Shown here: piece by piece, positions 54,448 through 64,000 of the stretch | Layout: each line of letters begins with the position of its first letter | Numbering within the stretch: the first letter of the stretch is position 1 | DNA from: Nitrospirales bacterium | GTDB lineage: Bacteria; Nitrospirota; Nitrospiria; Nitrospirales; UBA8639 | Assembly (NCBI GenBank): GCA_965207015.1 | Contig: OZ242257.1 | Location: forward strand, 461,253-525,252 | DNA length: 64,000 nt | Reading direction: 5' to 3' | Translations under genes and position numbers: made by a program | The notes under the pieces: model-generated | The model's database searches: none | What the model was told of the DNA's origin: nothing | The model's input: the letters and a program-made list of their open reading frames with translations, nothing else

Positions 54448-54657
54448 ATGGCCACCGGTACAGTAAAATGGTTCAATGCAACCAAGGGCTTCGGCTTTAT
54501 CGAGCCTGAAGACGGCTCGAAAGACGCCTTTGTGCACATCAGCGCCGTAGAAAAGGCTGGGTTGTCGGGTCTCAATGAGGGTCAACGGGTTTCTTTTGAC
54601 CTCGTTCCCGGCAAGGACGGCAAAATGTCGGCGGATAATCTTTCCATCGCTAACTGA
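54448..54657 (+). CDS. cspA: cold-shock protein (CspA family)
   Basis: [15 protein letters not shown] (RNP1) and DAFVHIS (RNP2). Confidence 0.95.
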   Translation: MATGTVKWFNATKGFGFIEPEDGSKDAFVHISAVEKAGLSGLNEGQRVSFDLVPGKDGKMSADNLSIAN

Positions 54658-54708
54658 ATTGGTTCTGGAGCGGTCTGGAAACGCTCCATTGCTTTATGAG
54701 GACCTGCT

Positions 54709-54909
54709 TTGCCCCGCAAACCCAATTACAAATTCGCTCGCCAAGAACGTGAACGGGCGAAGGCAAAAAAGAAAGCAGAGCGCTTAGAGGCCAAGTTGAA
54801 GCAAAAGGCCGAAAAAGAAACTTCCGATTCTGCCGAACATGAAGCCAACGCCGACTTCTCTGCGGAGAACCCGTCAGACACATCCCGCGTAGACGACGAA
54901 ATCGTTTAA
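54709..54909 (+). CDS. small Lys/Glu-rich hypothetical protein
   Basis: 66-aa ORF MPRKPNYKFARQERERAKAKKKAE... No family recognised. Confidence 0.35.
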   Translation: MPRKPNYKFARQERERAKAKKKAERLEAKLKQKAEKETSDSAEHEANADFSAENPSDTSRVDDEIV

Positions 54910-54953
54910 CCGGCGATCACAAGACTCTGCAAGGCGACGACGATGATATCGTG

Positions 54954-56759
<1,806 letters not shown>

Positions 56760-56961
56760 GGTACGGAAAGAAAGCCCCCGGCAGGTGCGTGCATCTTGCG
56801 ATCAGGCACGGTATCATCTTGGGGTTGCTCATGTCACATAAACCCCCGATTACACAAGCGAAACGTTCGGTTCTGCTTTTGGCCTCAGCGTTGTGGTCGC
56901 TATACTTCTGTCACGTCGTGTTGTATGTTCACTTTTTTCATACGAGCGGTAGGAGGAACTC

Positions 56962-57323
56962 ATGAGCGATCAGACCAATCCCGTGAATTGGTTCGAAATT
57001 CCCGTGAATGATTTGGAGCGAGCAAAGCAATTCTACGAAACCGTGTTCGGTCTCCAACTCAGCCTGAACGAAATGGGCCCCATGAAGATGGCTTGGTTCC
57101 CCATGACCCAGGGAAGTCCCGGAGCCACGGGGACGTTGATAAAATCCGAGGGGTACACGCCGTCCCATGCCGGGACTTTGATCTACTTTACCGTGACCGA
57201 CATCGAGGGACCCTGGACAAGGTTAATGCCAACGGCGGCAAGACGCTGATGCCCAAGACCGGCATCGGTGAACATGGGTACATCGCCCACTTCCAGGACT
57301 GCGAGGGAATCGACACGCCATGA
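56962..57323 (+). pseudogene. VOC/glyoxalase-family gene disrupted by a frameshift
   Basis: The N-terminal 83 aa are in frame 1 (WFEIPVNDLERAKQFYETVFG...). The continuation TLDKVNANGGKTLMPKTGIGEHGYIAHFQDCEG lies in another frame, with the switch at about 57208-57211. The 3' end is abnormal and partly duplicated downstream. Confidence 0.6.
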
Positions 57324-57639
57324 CGTAACGGAGCCTTAGTTACCGCGATGCGCTTTTCTCCAACGTCTGCCTAATCCAGCTATTCAGGCTCAAGCCGCTC
57401 TGCCCAAGCAACCGTTGGTGCAGGTCGGGGCCGAGCCGCACGTTCCTTGAATATGGGATGGACATCGCCCACTTCCACGTGGGACTGCGAGGGACGAATC
57501 GTCGGTGGCGTTACACGCCATGACGTCGCACACCGTCGCTCTCCCGGTCTCTGTTTCGTGGGGCCGGTGAATCACGATCCGTTCCTCTCCCTTCTTCAGA
57601 ACGACTGCCCGGCGAGTGTTTCATTGACCGGCCTAGGAT

Positions 57640-58053
57640 CTAGTGCCCTTCCTTGACCAGGTTCTTATTCCATTCGGGGATTTCGACGACGAGGTTGGTT
57701 GAGCCGTCTGGAACGCATTGGCAGGCCAGGCGGGATTGCAGCGTAATCGCGGGGGCTTCGTCCAACTGATCCAGTTCGTCGTCCGTGGCTTCGCTGCACG
57801 AATCCAGTCCCTCTTTCACGACAACGTGACAGGTCGAACAGGCGCAGACGCCGCCGCAGGCATGTTCGACGTCGAGTCCCGCGCCCATCGCAATGTCCAG
57901 GAGGCTGCCGGGCTGGCCGGTCGGTCCATATGGGATTTTGCTTGGATCCACCGCAACCGCAAGGGTTTCGTCCGGCATACGAAAGGTCACGGTGAAGGGT
58001 TCTGTGGCTGTTTTGACTTCGACTTGCTCGATATATGGATTACTGCCTCCCAT
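57640..58053 (-). CDS. fdx: 2Fe-2S ferredoxin (ISC/adrenodoxin type) with an N-terminal extension
   Basis: CGGVCACSTCHVVV ... LACQ motifs. Divergent from iscR. Confidence 0.85.
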   Translation of the reverse strand: MGGSNPYIEQVEVKTATEPFTVTFRMPDETLAVAVDPSKIPYGPTGQPGSLLDIAMGAGLDVEHACGGVCACSTCHVVVKEGLDSCSEATDDELDQLDEAPAITLQSRLACQCVPDGSTNLVVEIPEWNKNLVKEGH

Positions 58054-58145
58054 CTGGTCTCCTTTTCCCTAGGATATGGAAAGAAAAATTATTGAATTAT
58101 GAAGTACTTTCAATAAGATAGCCAATAGAACGGCTTGAAGGCTCT

Positions 58146-58236
58146 ATCTCCGACCCTTTTAATCTCCGACTAAAATACTCTTGACTAGAAAGAAATGTCA
58201 ATGCTAGAATTTGCTCCGATGGTTTTGGTCGGAGAT
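58146..58236. promoter_or_regulatory. fdx/iscR divergent control region: TTGACT-N18-TAGAAT promoter flanked by three ATCTCCGAC motifs
   Basis: ATCTCCGAC at 58146-58154 and 58162-58170, with an inverted GTCGGAGAT at 58228-58236. Promoter hexamers at 58181-58186 and 58205-58210. Confidence 0.4.
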
Positions 58237-58265
58237 TCATTAGCTCCGCGTTTATGTGAGGGGTC

Positions 58266-58748
58266 ATGCTGAAGTTTTCAAAGAAAGCCGATTACGCCTT
58301 GCTGTCGCTCCAGTACATGGCCACGGTTCAATGCGGCATCGAGGCCAACCCGCGTGTGGTGAACACCAAGGAAATTGCCGAAGAGCATAATATTCCCGTG
58401 GAATTGTTGGCGAAAGTGCTTCAGACCCTGGCCAGGCATCAATTGGTCGAAAGTCACCATAACGGACCCAAGGGCGGCTACGCATTGGGGCGGGAGCCCA
58501 AGGACATTACCCTGGCGCAAGTGCTTGAAGCCATTGAGGGTCCCTTGGGCTTGACGGATTGTTCTCATGAAAAAAATGACCATTCCCAGTGTGAGCAAAT
58601 GAACCACTGCAATATTCGCACCCCGCTGTTCAAGATCCAGGAAAGTATCTACCAATTGCTGAACAGCATGTCCATCGAAGACTTATTGGTCGAAGAAACA
58701 CCCATGATTTTCGTCGAATCTTTAAAGCCACAAGGAGTGCCATCATGA
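58266..58748 (+). CDS. iscR: Rrf2-family Fe-S cluster regulator
   Basis: [16 protein letters not shown]-terminus. Three-Cys cluster ligand set (C-x10-C-x5-C). Confidence 0.85.
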   Translation: MLKFSKKADYALLSLQYMATVQCGIEANPRVVNTKEIAEEHNIPVELLAKVLQTLARHQLVESHHNGPKGGYALGREPKDITLAQVLEAIEGPLGLTDCSHEKNDHSQCEQMNHCNIRTPLFKIQESIYQLLNSMSIEDLLVEETPMIFVESLKPQGVPS

Positions 58749-59959
58749 AATTACCCATTTATATGGACAACCATTCGACCACGCCCTGCGATCCTCGCGT
58801 GGTGGATGCGATGCTCCCGTACTTCACCGAAAAATTCGGCAATTCCGCGAGCCGGAACCATTCCTTCGGGTGGGAAGCCGAAGAAGGCGTGGATCAGGCG
58901 AGGAAACACATCGCGAGCCTCATCAATGCCGACGCCAAGGAGATCGTGTTCACGAGCGGCGCGACCGAGTCCGACAATCTGGCGCTGAAAGGCGTGGTGG
59001 AAATGTACAAGGAGAAGGGTGATCACATCATCACCAGTTCGACCGAGCATCGCGCGGTGATCGACGCGGCGAAGTCATTGGAGAAAAAAGGCATCAAGGT
59101 CACGTACCTGCCCGTGGATAAAGCCGGCCGGGTCGATCCGGACGACGTGCGGAAGGCTATCACCGACAAGACCATTTTGATTTCGATCATGCTGGCGAAC
59201 AATGAAATCGGCACGATCCATCCCATCGCGGAGATCGGCAAGATCGCGAAGGAAAAGGGCGTGCTCTTTCATTGCGACGCCACGCAAGGCGTGGGGAAAA
59301 TCCCGGTTGACGTCCAGGCACTGGGGGTGGACCTGATGGCCTTTACCGCGCACAAGATTTACGGACCCAAGGGCATCGGGGCGCTGTACGTGCGCCGGAA
59401 AGCGCCGCGCGTCCGGTTGGCGCCGATGATTGACGGCGGCGGGCATGAGCGGGGCATGCGGTCTGGCACGTTGCCGGTGCCGCTCGTGGTCGGGTTCGGC
59501 AAAGCCGTCGAGTTGTGCGCGCAGGAAATGCCGGAGGAATCCGTTCGCACGATGGCCCTGCGCGATCGCCTGCAAGACGGCATCATGGGCGCCTTGGAAG
59601 AGGTGTACCTCAACGGCCACGAGACGGAGCGGCTTCCCGGGAACCTGAACATCAGTTTCGCGTACGTCGAAGGCGAAGCCCTGTTGATGGGCGTCAAGGA
59701 AATCGCCTTGTCGTCGGGCTCGGCTTGTACCTCGGCCACCCTCGAGCCGTCGTACGTGCTGCGGGCGCTGGGCGTGGGGTCCGACTTGGCGCATTCATCC
59801 ATCCGGTTCGGCATCGGCCGGTTTACGACGCCGGAAGAAGTGGAATATACTATCGATAGGATGATCAAGGCGGTCAATCATCTGCGTGAAATGTCGCCGC
59901 TCTATGAAATGGCGAAGGAAGGCATTGATCTCAAAACCGTCCAATGGGCGGTGCACTAA
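58745..59959 (+). CDS. iscS: cysteine desulfurase
   Basis: [34 protein letters not shown] motifs. Confidence 0.95.
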   Translation: MKLPIYMDNHSTTPCDPRVVDAMLPYFTEKFGNSASRNHSFGWEAEEGVDQARKHIASLINADAKEIVFTSGATESDNLALKGVVEMYKEKGDHIITSSTEHRAVIDAAKSLEKKGIKVTYLPVDKAGRVDPDDVRKAITDKTILISIMLANNEIGTIHPIAEIGKIAKEKGVLFHCDATQGVGKIPVDVQALGVDLMAFTAHKIYGPKGIGALYVRRKAPRVRLAPMIDGGGHERGMRSGTLPVPLVVGFGKAVELCAQEMPEESVRTMALRDRLQDGIMGALEEVYLNGHETERLPGNLNISFAYVEGEALLMGVKEIALSSGSACTSATLEPSYVLRALGVGSDLAHSSIRFGIGRFTTPEEVEYTIDRMIKAVNHLREMSPLYEMAKEGIDLKTVQWAVH

Positions 59960-60017
59960 GTCAAGCATGCAAGACGTACTGTATTTATAAATTATCGGAC
60001 AGAAGGAGGATGGTGTC

Positions 60018-60431
60018 ATGGCGTACAGTGAAAAAGTGATCGACCATTACAACAATCCGCGTAACATGGGGTCGTTCAAGAAAGACGAAGATGGCGTGGG
60101 GACCGGCATCGTCGGGGCTCCCGAATGCGGCGACGTGATGAAACTGCAGATCAAGGTGGAAGACGACACCATCGTGGATGCGAAATTCAAAACCTTCGGG
60201 TGCGGGTCGGCGATCGCCAGTTCCAGCTTGGCCACGGAGTGGTTGAAGGGCAAAACCGTGGATGAAGCGGGCCAGATCAAGAATACCGAGATCGTTCAGG
60301 AATTGAACCTGCCCCCGGTCAAGATCCACTGTTCCGTGTTGGCGGAAGATGCGATCAAAGCCGCGTTGAACGATTACAAAAAGAAAGCCGATACCGAAGG
60401 CGCGCCCGAAGAAGCGGCGACGCCGGCCTGA
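60018..60431 (+). CDS. iscU: Fe-S cluster scaffold protein
   Basis: YSEKVIDHYNNPRN, GAPECGDV, TFGCGSAIASS, LPPVKIHCS. Confidence 0.95.
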   Translation: MAYSEKVIDHYNNPRNMGSFKKDEDGVGTGIVGAPECGDVMKLQIKVEDDTIVDAKFKTFGCGSAIASSSLATEWLKGKTVDEAGQIKNTEIVQELNLPPVKIHCSVLAEDAIKAALNDYKKKADTEGAPEEAATPA

Positions 60432-60450
60432 CCCGGCAAGGAGTGAAGCC

Positions 60451-60798
60451 ATGGAAACGACACAACAAACCCCGCTTGTCACGCTGACGGAGGCCGCGGT
60501 GGCCGAAGTCAAACGGCTCATGGACGTGCAGGACCTGACCGAAGGCGGCCTGCGCCTTGGCGTCAAGGGCGGCGGGTGTTCCGGGTTGAGTTACACGATC
60601 AACTTCGACGAGAAAATCGGCGAGTTCGACACCGTGTGCGAGCAGGGCGGCGTGAAAGTCATCGTCGATGCGAAGAGCGCCATTTACCTCGAAGGCATGC
60701 AGATTGACTATCAAAAGGACATGGTCAGCGGGGGATTCAAATTCATCAATCCCAACGCGTCCAAAACCTGCGGGTGCGGAGAATCGTTTTCGGCGTAA
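60451..60798 (+). CDS. iscA: A-type Fe-S carrier
   Basis: GGGCSGLSY ... CGCGESF. Confidence 0.9.
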   Translation: METTQQTPLVTLTEAAVAEVKRLMDVQDLTEGGLRLGVKGGGCSGLSYTINFDEKIGEFDTVCEQGGVKVIVDAKSAIYLEGMQIDYQKDMVSGGFKFINPNASKTCGCGESFSA

Positions 60799-60878
60799 CG
60801 CGTTGAACGGCGTCGCGCGACAAACGAACCAACGGGCATGGTGAAGTCCTACCATGCCCGTTGTGCGAGAGAGGAAGG

Positions 60879-61640
60879 ATGAGCGAACACACACATCATG
60901 AGGATTCAGGGCGGAGCCGCGACCTGCCGATGGCCCGCAGCATGTGCTGGCATTGTCAGTCTGAAATGACCGGCGAATACTTCTGCGGCCGGTGCGTCAA
61001 GGTGCAACCCTTGTCCAAGGAACTCGACTATTTCACCTGCCTCAACCTGCCTCGCAAATTGAACCTCGACGAACAGGCGTTGGAAGAAACCTTCTATGCC
61101 TTGAGCCGGAGCTTTCATCCCGACTACTACGCCACGAAAGACGAGAGTGAAAAAGCCATCAGTCTCGGCAACACCGCGTTATTGAACACGGCGTATCGTA
61201 CGTTGAAAGACCCCGTGCAACGAGCCGAGTATCTCATTCGTCTGGAAGCGGGGTCGGCCAAGGATATTCGGACTTCCCCTCCGGCAGACCTGTTCGATGA
61301 AATCCTGGAACTGCAAGAGGACCTGGAAGAGTTCCGGTCGCTGTCCGCTGCGGAGTCCGACGCACGCCGGCAGGAACTTCTGGAGAAATTGCAGGACGAT
61401 CGCCGGACGCTCGAAGCACGAAAAGCAGAAATGGAAAATCGACTGCGTGAGCAATTCAGCCGCTGGGACGCCCTGCCGGCCGAAGCCGAAGAGAACCCCG
61501 CCGTGCAGGCGCAAAAAGACGCGGTGCTCACCGGTATGCAGGAAATTCTATCCAACCGCACGTACGTCAAGAATATCGTGAATGACCTGGTGGCGGCGAC
61601 GAGTCCCACGGGCGACGACGGACGGAACATATGGCACTGA
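60879..61640 (+). CDS. hscB: J-type co-chaperone HscB with an N-terminal tetracysteine domain
   Basis: GAGGAAGG SD before the ATG at 60879. CWHC-x9-CGRC, then a J-domain (DYFTCLNL...HPDYY) and a C-terminal helical domain. Confidence 0.85.
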   Translation: MSEHTHHEDSGRSRDLPMARSMCWHCQSEMTGEYFCGRCVKVQPLSKELDYFTCLNLPRKLNLDEQALEETFYALSRSFHPDYYATKDESEKAISLGNTALLNTAYRTLKDPVQRAEYLIRLEAGSAKDIRTSPPADLFDEILELQEDLEEFRSLSAAESDARRQELLEKLQDDRRTLEARKAEMENRLREQFSRWDALPAEAEENPAVQAQKDAVLTGMQEILSNRTYVKNIVNDLVAATSPTGDDGRNIWH

Positions 61641-63454
61641 TCGTCGGTATCGACCTCGGCACCACGAATTCATTGGTCGCGCACATGGCCGGCGACGGCC
61701 CGCGGGTCATTCCCGGAGCCCGCGGCCAAACCAAAGTTCCGTCGATCGTGGGCCTCACGGACAACGGCCTCCTGGTCGGGGACCCCGCCAAGGAATATCT
61801 CGTCCGCGATCCGTCCCGCACGATTTATTCCGTGAAACGGTTCATGGGCAAAGCCGTGGCCGACGTGGCGGATGAATTGAAATATTTCCCGTACACCTTG
61901 CAGGAGAAGGGCGGCGTGATCCGTATCCAGGTGGGTGACAAAACCTATTCTCCCCCGCAAGTCTCGGCCATGATCCTGAAAGAACTCAAGCTTCGGGCGG
62001 AAGCGCATCTGGGCGAGGAAATTACCAAGGCCGTCATCACGGTCCCGGCCTATTTCAACGACAGCCAGCGACAGGCGACGAAGGACGCCGGCCTCATTGC
62101 CGGCCTGGAAGTGCTGCGGATCATCAATGAACCCACCGCGGCGTCATTGGCCTATGGATTGCAAAAGAACACGCAGGGAAATATCGCCGTCTACGATCTC
62201 GGAGGCGGAACCTTCGACATCTCCATTCTGAAACTCAAGGACGGCATCTTCGAGGTGCTGGCGACCAATGGGAACACGCATCTCGGCGGGGATGATTTCG
62301 ACAGGCGGCTGGTGGACGCGGTCATCCGGGACATTGACGCCCGGCATGGCGTCAAAGTCGAAGATTCACCGGAACTCATGCAAACCGTGCGGCTTGAGGC
62401 CGAAAAAACCAAGATCCGGTTGTCGGACGAACCTCAGGCGCACATGGCCGTCACCCTTCCCGACGGCAAGGGGACATACGAACGTACCTGGTCGCGCGAT
62501 GAATTCGAAGCCCTGGTCCTGGACCTGGTCGAACAAACCATGACGCCGTGCCGTCACGCGTTGAGCGACGCGGGCCTGGAAACCGGTCAGATCGACGAAG
62601 TGGTTTTGGTCGGCGGTAGTACCAGGATGCCGGTGATTCGATCCCGCGTGCAGGCGCTGTTCGGCCAGACGCCCCACTGTGACCTGAATCCCGATGAGGT
62701 CGTCGCGCTCGGGGCCGCGGTCCAGGCCGGCATACTGGCGGGGGAAAACACGGAGATGCTCCTGCTCGACGTGACCCCGCTGTCTCTGGGTATTGAAACC
62801 ATGGGCAACGTCATGAGCGCGTTGATTCGCCGGAATACGACCATCCCGACGAGCGCCAAGGAAATGTTCACCACCTACGTGGACGGTCAAACCGGCGTGG
62901 ATATTCACGTATTGCAAGGCGAACGCGAACTGGTGAAAGACAACAGGAGCCTGGCCCGATTCCAACTCAAGGTCCCGCCGCTACCCGCGGCCGTGCCTCG
63001 CATTGAAGTGACGTTTCTGATCGACGCCAACGGCATTCTCAACGTCACGGCCTCCGATATCCGGACCGGCGAATCGCAATCCGTCCAAGTCAAACCTTCT
63101 TACGGGTTGACCGATGACGAAGTCGAAACCATGATTCGGGAATCCTTCCAATTCGCGGCAGAGGACATTAAGGCGCGTCAGGTGATCGAGGCGAAGACGG
63201 AGGCCGACGCCATCATCATGGCCACCGAAAAGGCGCTGACACGCGGTGCGGATTTGATCCCGGCGGATGAGATCCAGTCCATTCGCAACACCATCGAGGA
63301 ACTGCGCGCCGCCCTGAAACAGGAAGATCATCGACTCATCCGGGCCAGGATTGCCGACATGGAAAAAGTGACCCATCACCTGGCCGAGGTGTTGATGGAC
63401 GCCACGCTCAAAGAAGCCCTCGAAAGCAAAAAACTCTCCGAAGTCACGGATTGA
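61631..63454 (+). CDS. hscA: Fe-S cluster chaperone HscA (Hsp70)
   Basis: [21 protein letters not shown] motifs, 607 aa. Confidence 0.95.
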   Translation: MALIVGIDLGTTNSLVAHMAGDGPRVIPGARGQTKVPSIVGLTDNGLLVGDPAKEYLVRDPSRTIYSVKRFMGKAVADVADELKYFPYTLQEKGGVIRIQVGDKTYSPPQVSAMILKELKLRAEAHLGEEITKAVITVPAYFNDSQRQATKDAGLIAGLEVLRIINEPTAASLAYGLQKNTQGNIAVYDLGGGTFDISILKLKDGIFEVLATNGNTHLGGDDFDRRLVDAVIRDIDARHGVKVEDSPELMQTVRLEAEKTKIRLSDEPQAHMAVTLPDGKGTYERTWSRDEFEALVLDLVEQTMTPCRHALSDAGLETGQIDEVVLVGGSTRMPVIRSRVQALFGQTPHCDLNPDEVVALGAAVQAGILAGENTEMLLLDVTPLSLGIETMGNVMSALIRRNTTIPTSAKEMFTTYVDGQTGVDIHVLQGERELVKDNRSLARFQLKVPPLPAAVPRIEVTFLIDANGILNVTASDIRTGESQSVQVKPSYGLTDDEVETMIRESFQFAAEDIKARQVIEAKTEADAIIMATEKALTRGADLIPADEIQSIRNTIEELRAALKQEDHRLIRARIADMEKVTHHLAEVLMDATLKEALESKKLSEVTD

Positions 63455-63486
63455 TCCCACGGCTGTCCGCCGGAGGAGCACTACAT

Positions 63487-63702
63487 ATGTCTCAAGAATT
63501 GAACTGGGCTATGGCCGAAGACATTGCGATTCGGCTTCACGAAGAGCATCCGGACATCGATCCGTTGACGGTCCGTTTCACCGACCTGCACGCCTGGATC
63601 GTCGCCTGGCCGGAATTCACCGACGACCCCAAGGGCTCCGACGAAAAAAAACTCGAAGCCATTCAGATGGCCTGGCACGAAGAATACCAGGACGCGCAAT
63701 AG
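63487..63702 (+). CDS. iscX: Fe-S assembly protein IscX
   Basis: HPDIDPLTVRFTDLHAWIV...DDP...EKKLEAIQMAW, colinear with E. coli IscX as I recall it. Confidence 0.85.
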   Translation: MSQELNWAMAEDIAIRLHEEHPDIDPLTVRFTDLHAWIVAWPEFTDDPKGSDEKKLEAIQMAWHEEYQDAQ

Positions 63703-63753
63703 CAAGACCTTCGCCCCCTGCCGGCATCCCGGAGGCTTCCGTCTCATTTTCGA

Positions 63754-64000
63754 TTACCGCGGCTCAACGGTTTCGTCGAGTTGATCAAATTCGTAAAAAT
63801 CCAAAGGATCGGCCGGTTGGCGAACGGGTGGGTGGGGAACCGTTCCGTCTGCAAAGACTTCGGTCGTCGTCCCTTGTGAGGGTTCGGCGACGAGGGTGCC
63901 GGTTGTCCGATCGACCTCGACGAACTGGATGCCATCCGGAACCGCGAAGGTCCGGACGGGGAGGAGGTTGAGACTCTTGCGCATGAAGTCTGTCCAGATG
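63754..64000 (-). CDS. 3' end of a gene running off the window (possibly a class A penicillin-binding protein)
   Basis: The frame is open to the window edge. F.VPDGI.FVEVDRTTGTL resembles PBP1A C-terminal regions. Weak call. Confidence 0.4.
   Translation of the reverse strand, partial: IWTDFMRKSLNLLPVRTFAVPDGIQFVEVDRTTGTLVAEPSQGTTTEVFADGTVPHPPVRQPADPLDFYEFDQLDETVEPR

Overview
This 64-kb window is a chromosomal segment from a GC-rich bacterium. All family calls come from reading motifs by eye; no database search or computed statistic was available. The gene content fits a Nitrospirota (Nitrospira-like) autotroph: a five-subunit 2-oxoacid:ferredoxin oxidoreductase of the Hydrogenobacter/Nitrospira type, an LDH-like malate dehydrogenase, a full isc Fe-S operon and very dense palindromic interspersed repeats. 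That taxonomy is inference only.

Most of the window is housekeeping:
- mdh, purE, queD/folE, rarA, an ABC-F ATPase
- gltX, glnS, and tRNA-Ala, tRNA-Gln and tRNA-Asn
- metF, metK and ahcY
- der, typA, cspA and a DEAD-box helicase
- iscRSUA-hscBA-iscX

The outstanding region is a visibly lower-GC accessory island of about 10.5 kb (about 27.6-38.2 kb). Its ends carry inverted copies of a 23-nt hairpin motif, and toxin-antitoxin modules lie beside it. It contains three modules:
1. A translationally coupled operon (27963-29726, minus strand) encoding an ECF-sigma-like protein, an acidic helical protein and an ImmA/IrrE metallopeptidase.
2. A divergent three-gene ubiquitin-like conjugation cassette (30037-32373). 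It encodes a triple beta-grasp 'multiubiquitin' protein, an E2-like/ThiF-E1 fusion and a Cys-rich DUF6527-like protein. No JAB peptidase or recognisable effector is present.
3. A type I R-M system, hsdRMS (32394-38032).

I consider modules 1 and 2 together the best candidate for an uncharacterised, probably defensive, system.

Other observations worth a second look:
- a helically phased array of 12-14 ATAGCA repeats
- four or more REP-like repeat families
- a 31-aa hydrophobic ORF bracketed by perfect 37-nt direct repeats
- 153-bp direct repeats bracketing higBA
- triplicated XRE regulators and duplicated TetR regulators
- a macro-domain/MBL-hydrolase fusion
- a radical-SAM/USP locus carrying four PCP-reductase-like domains
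- an HscB with a eukaryote-like tetracysteine N-terminus
- a decayed VOC gene
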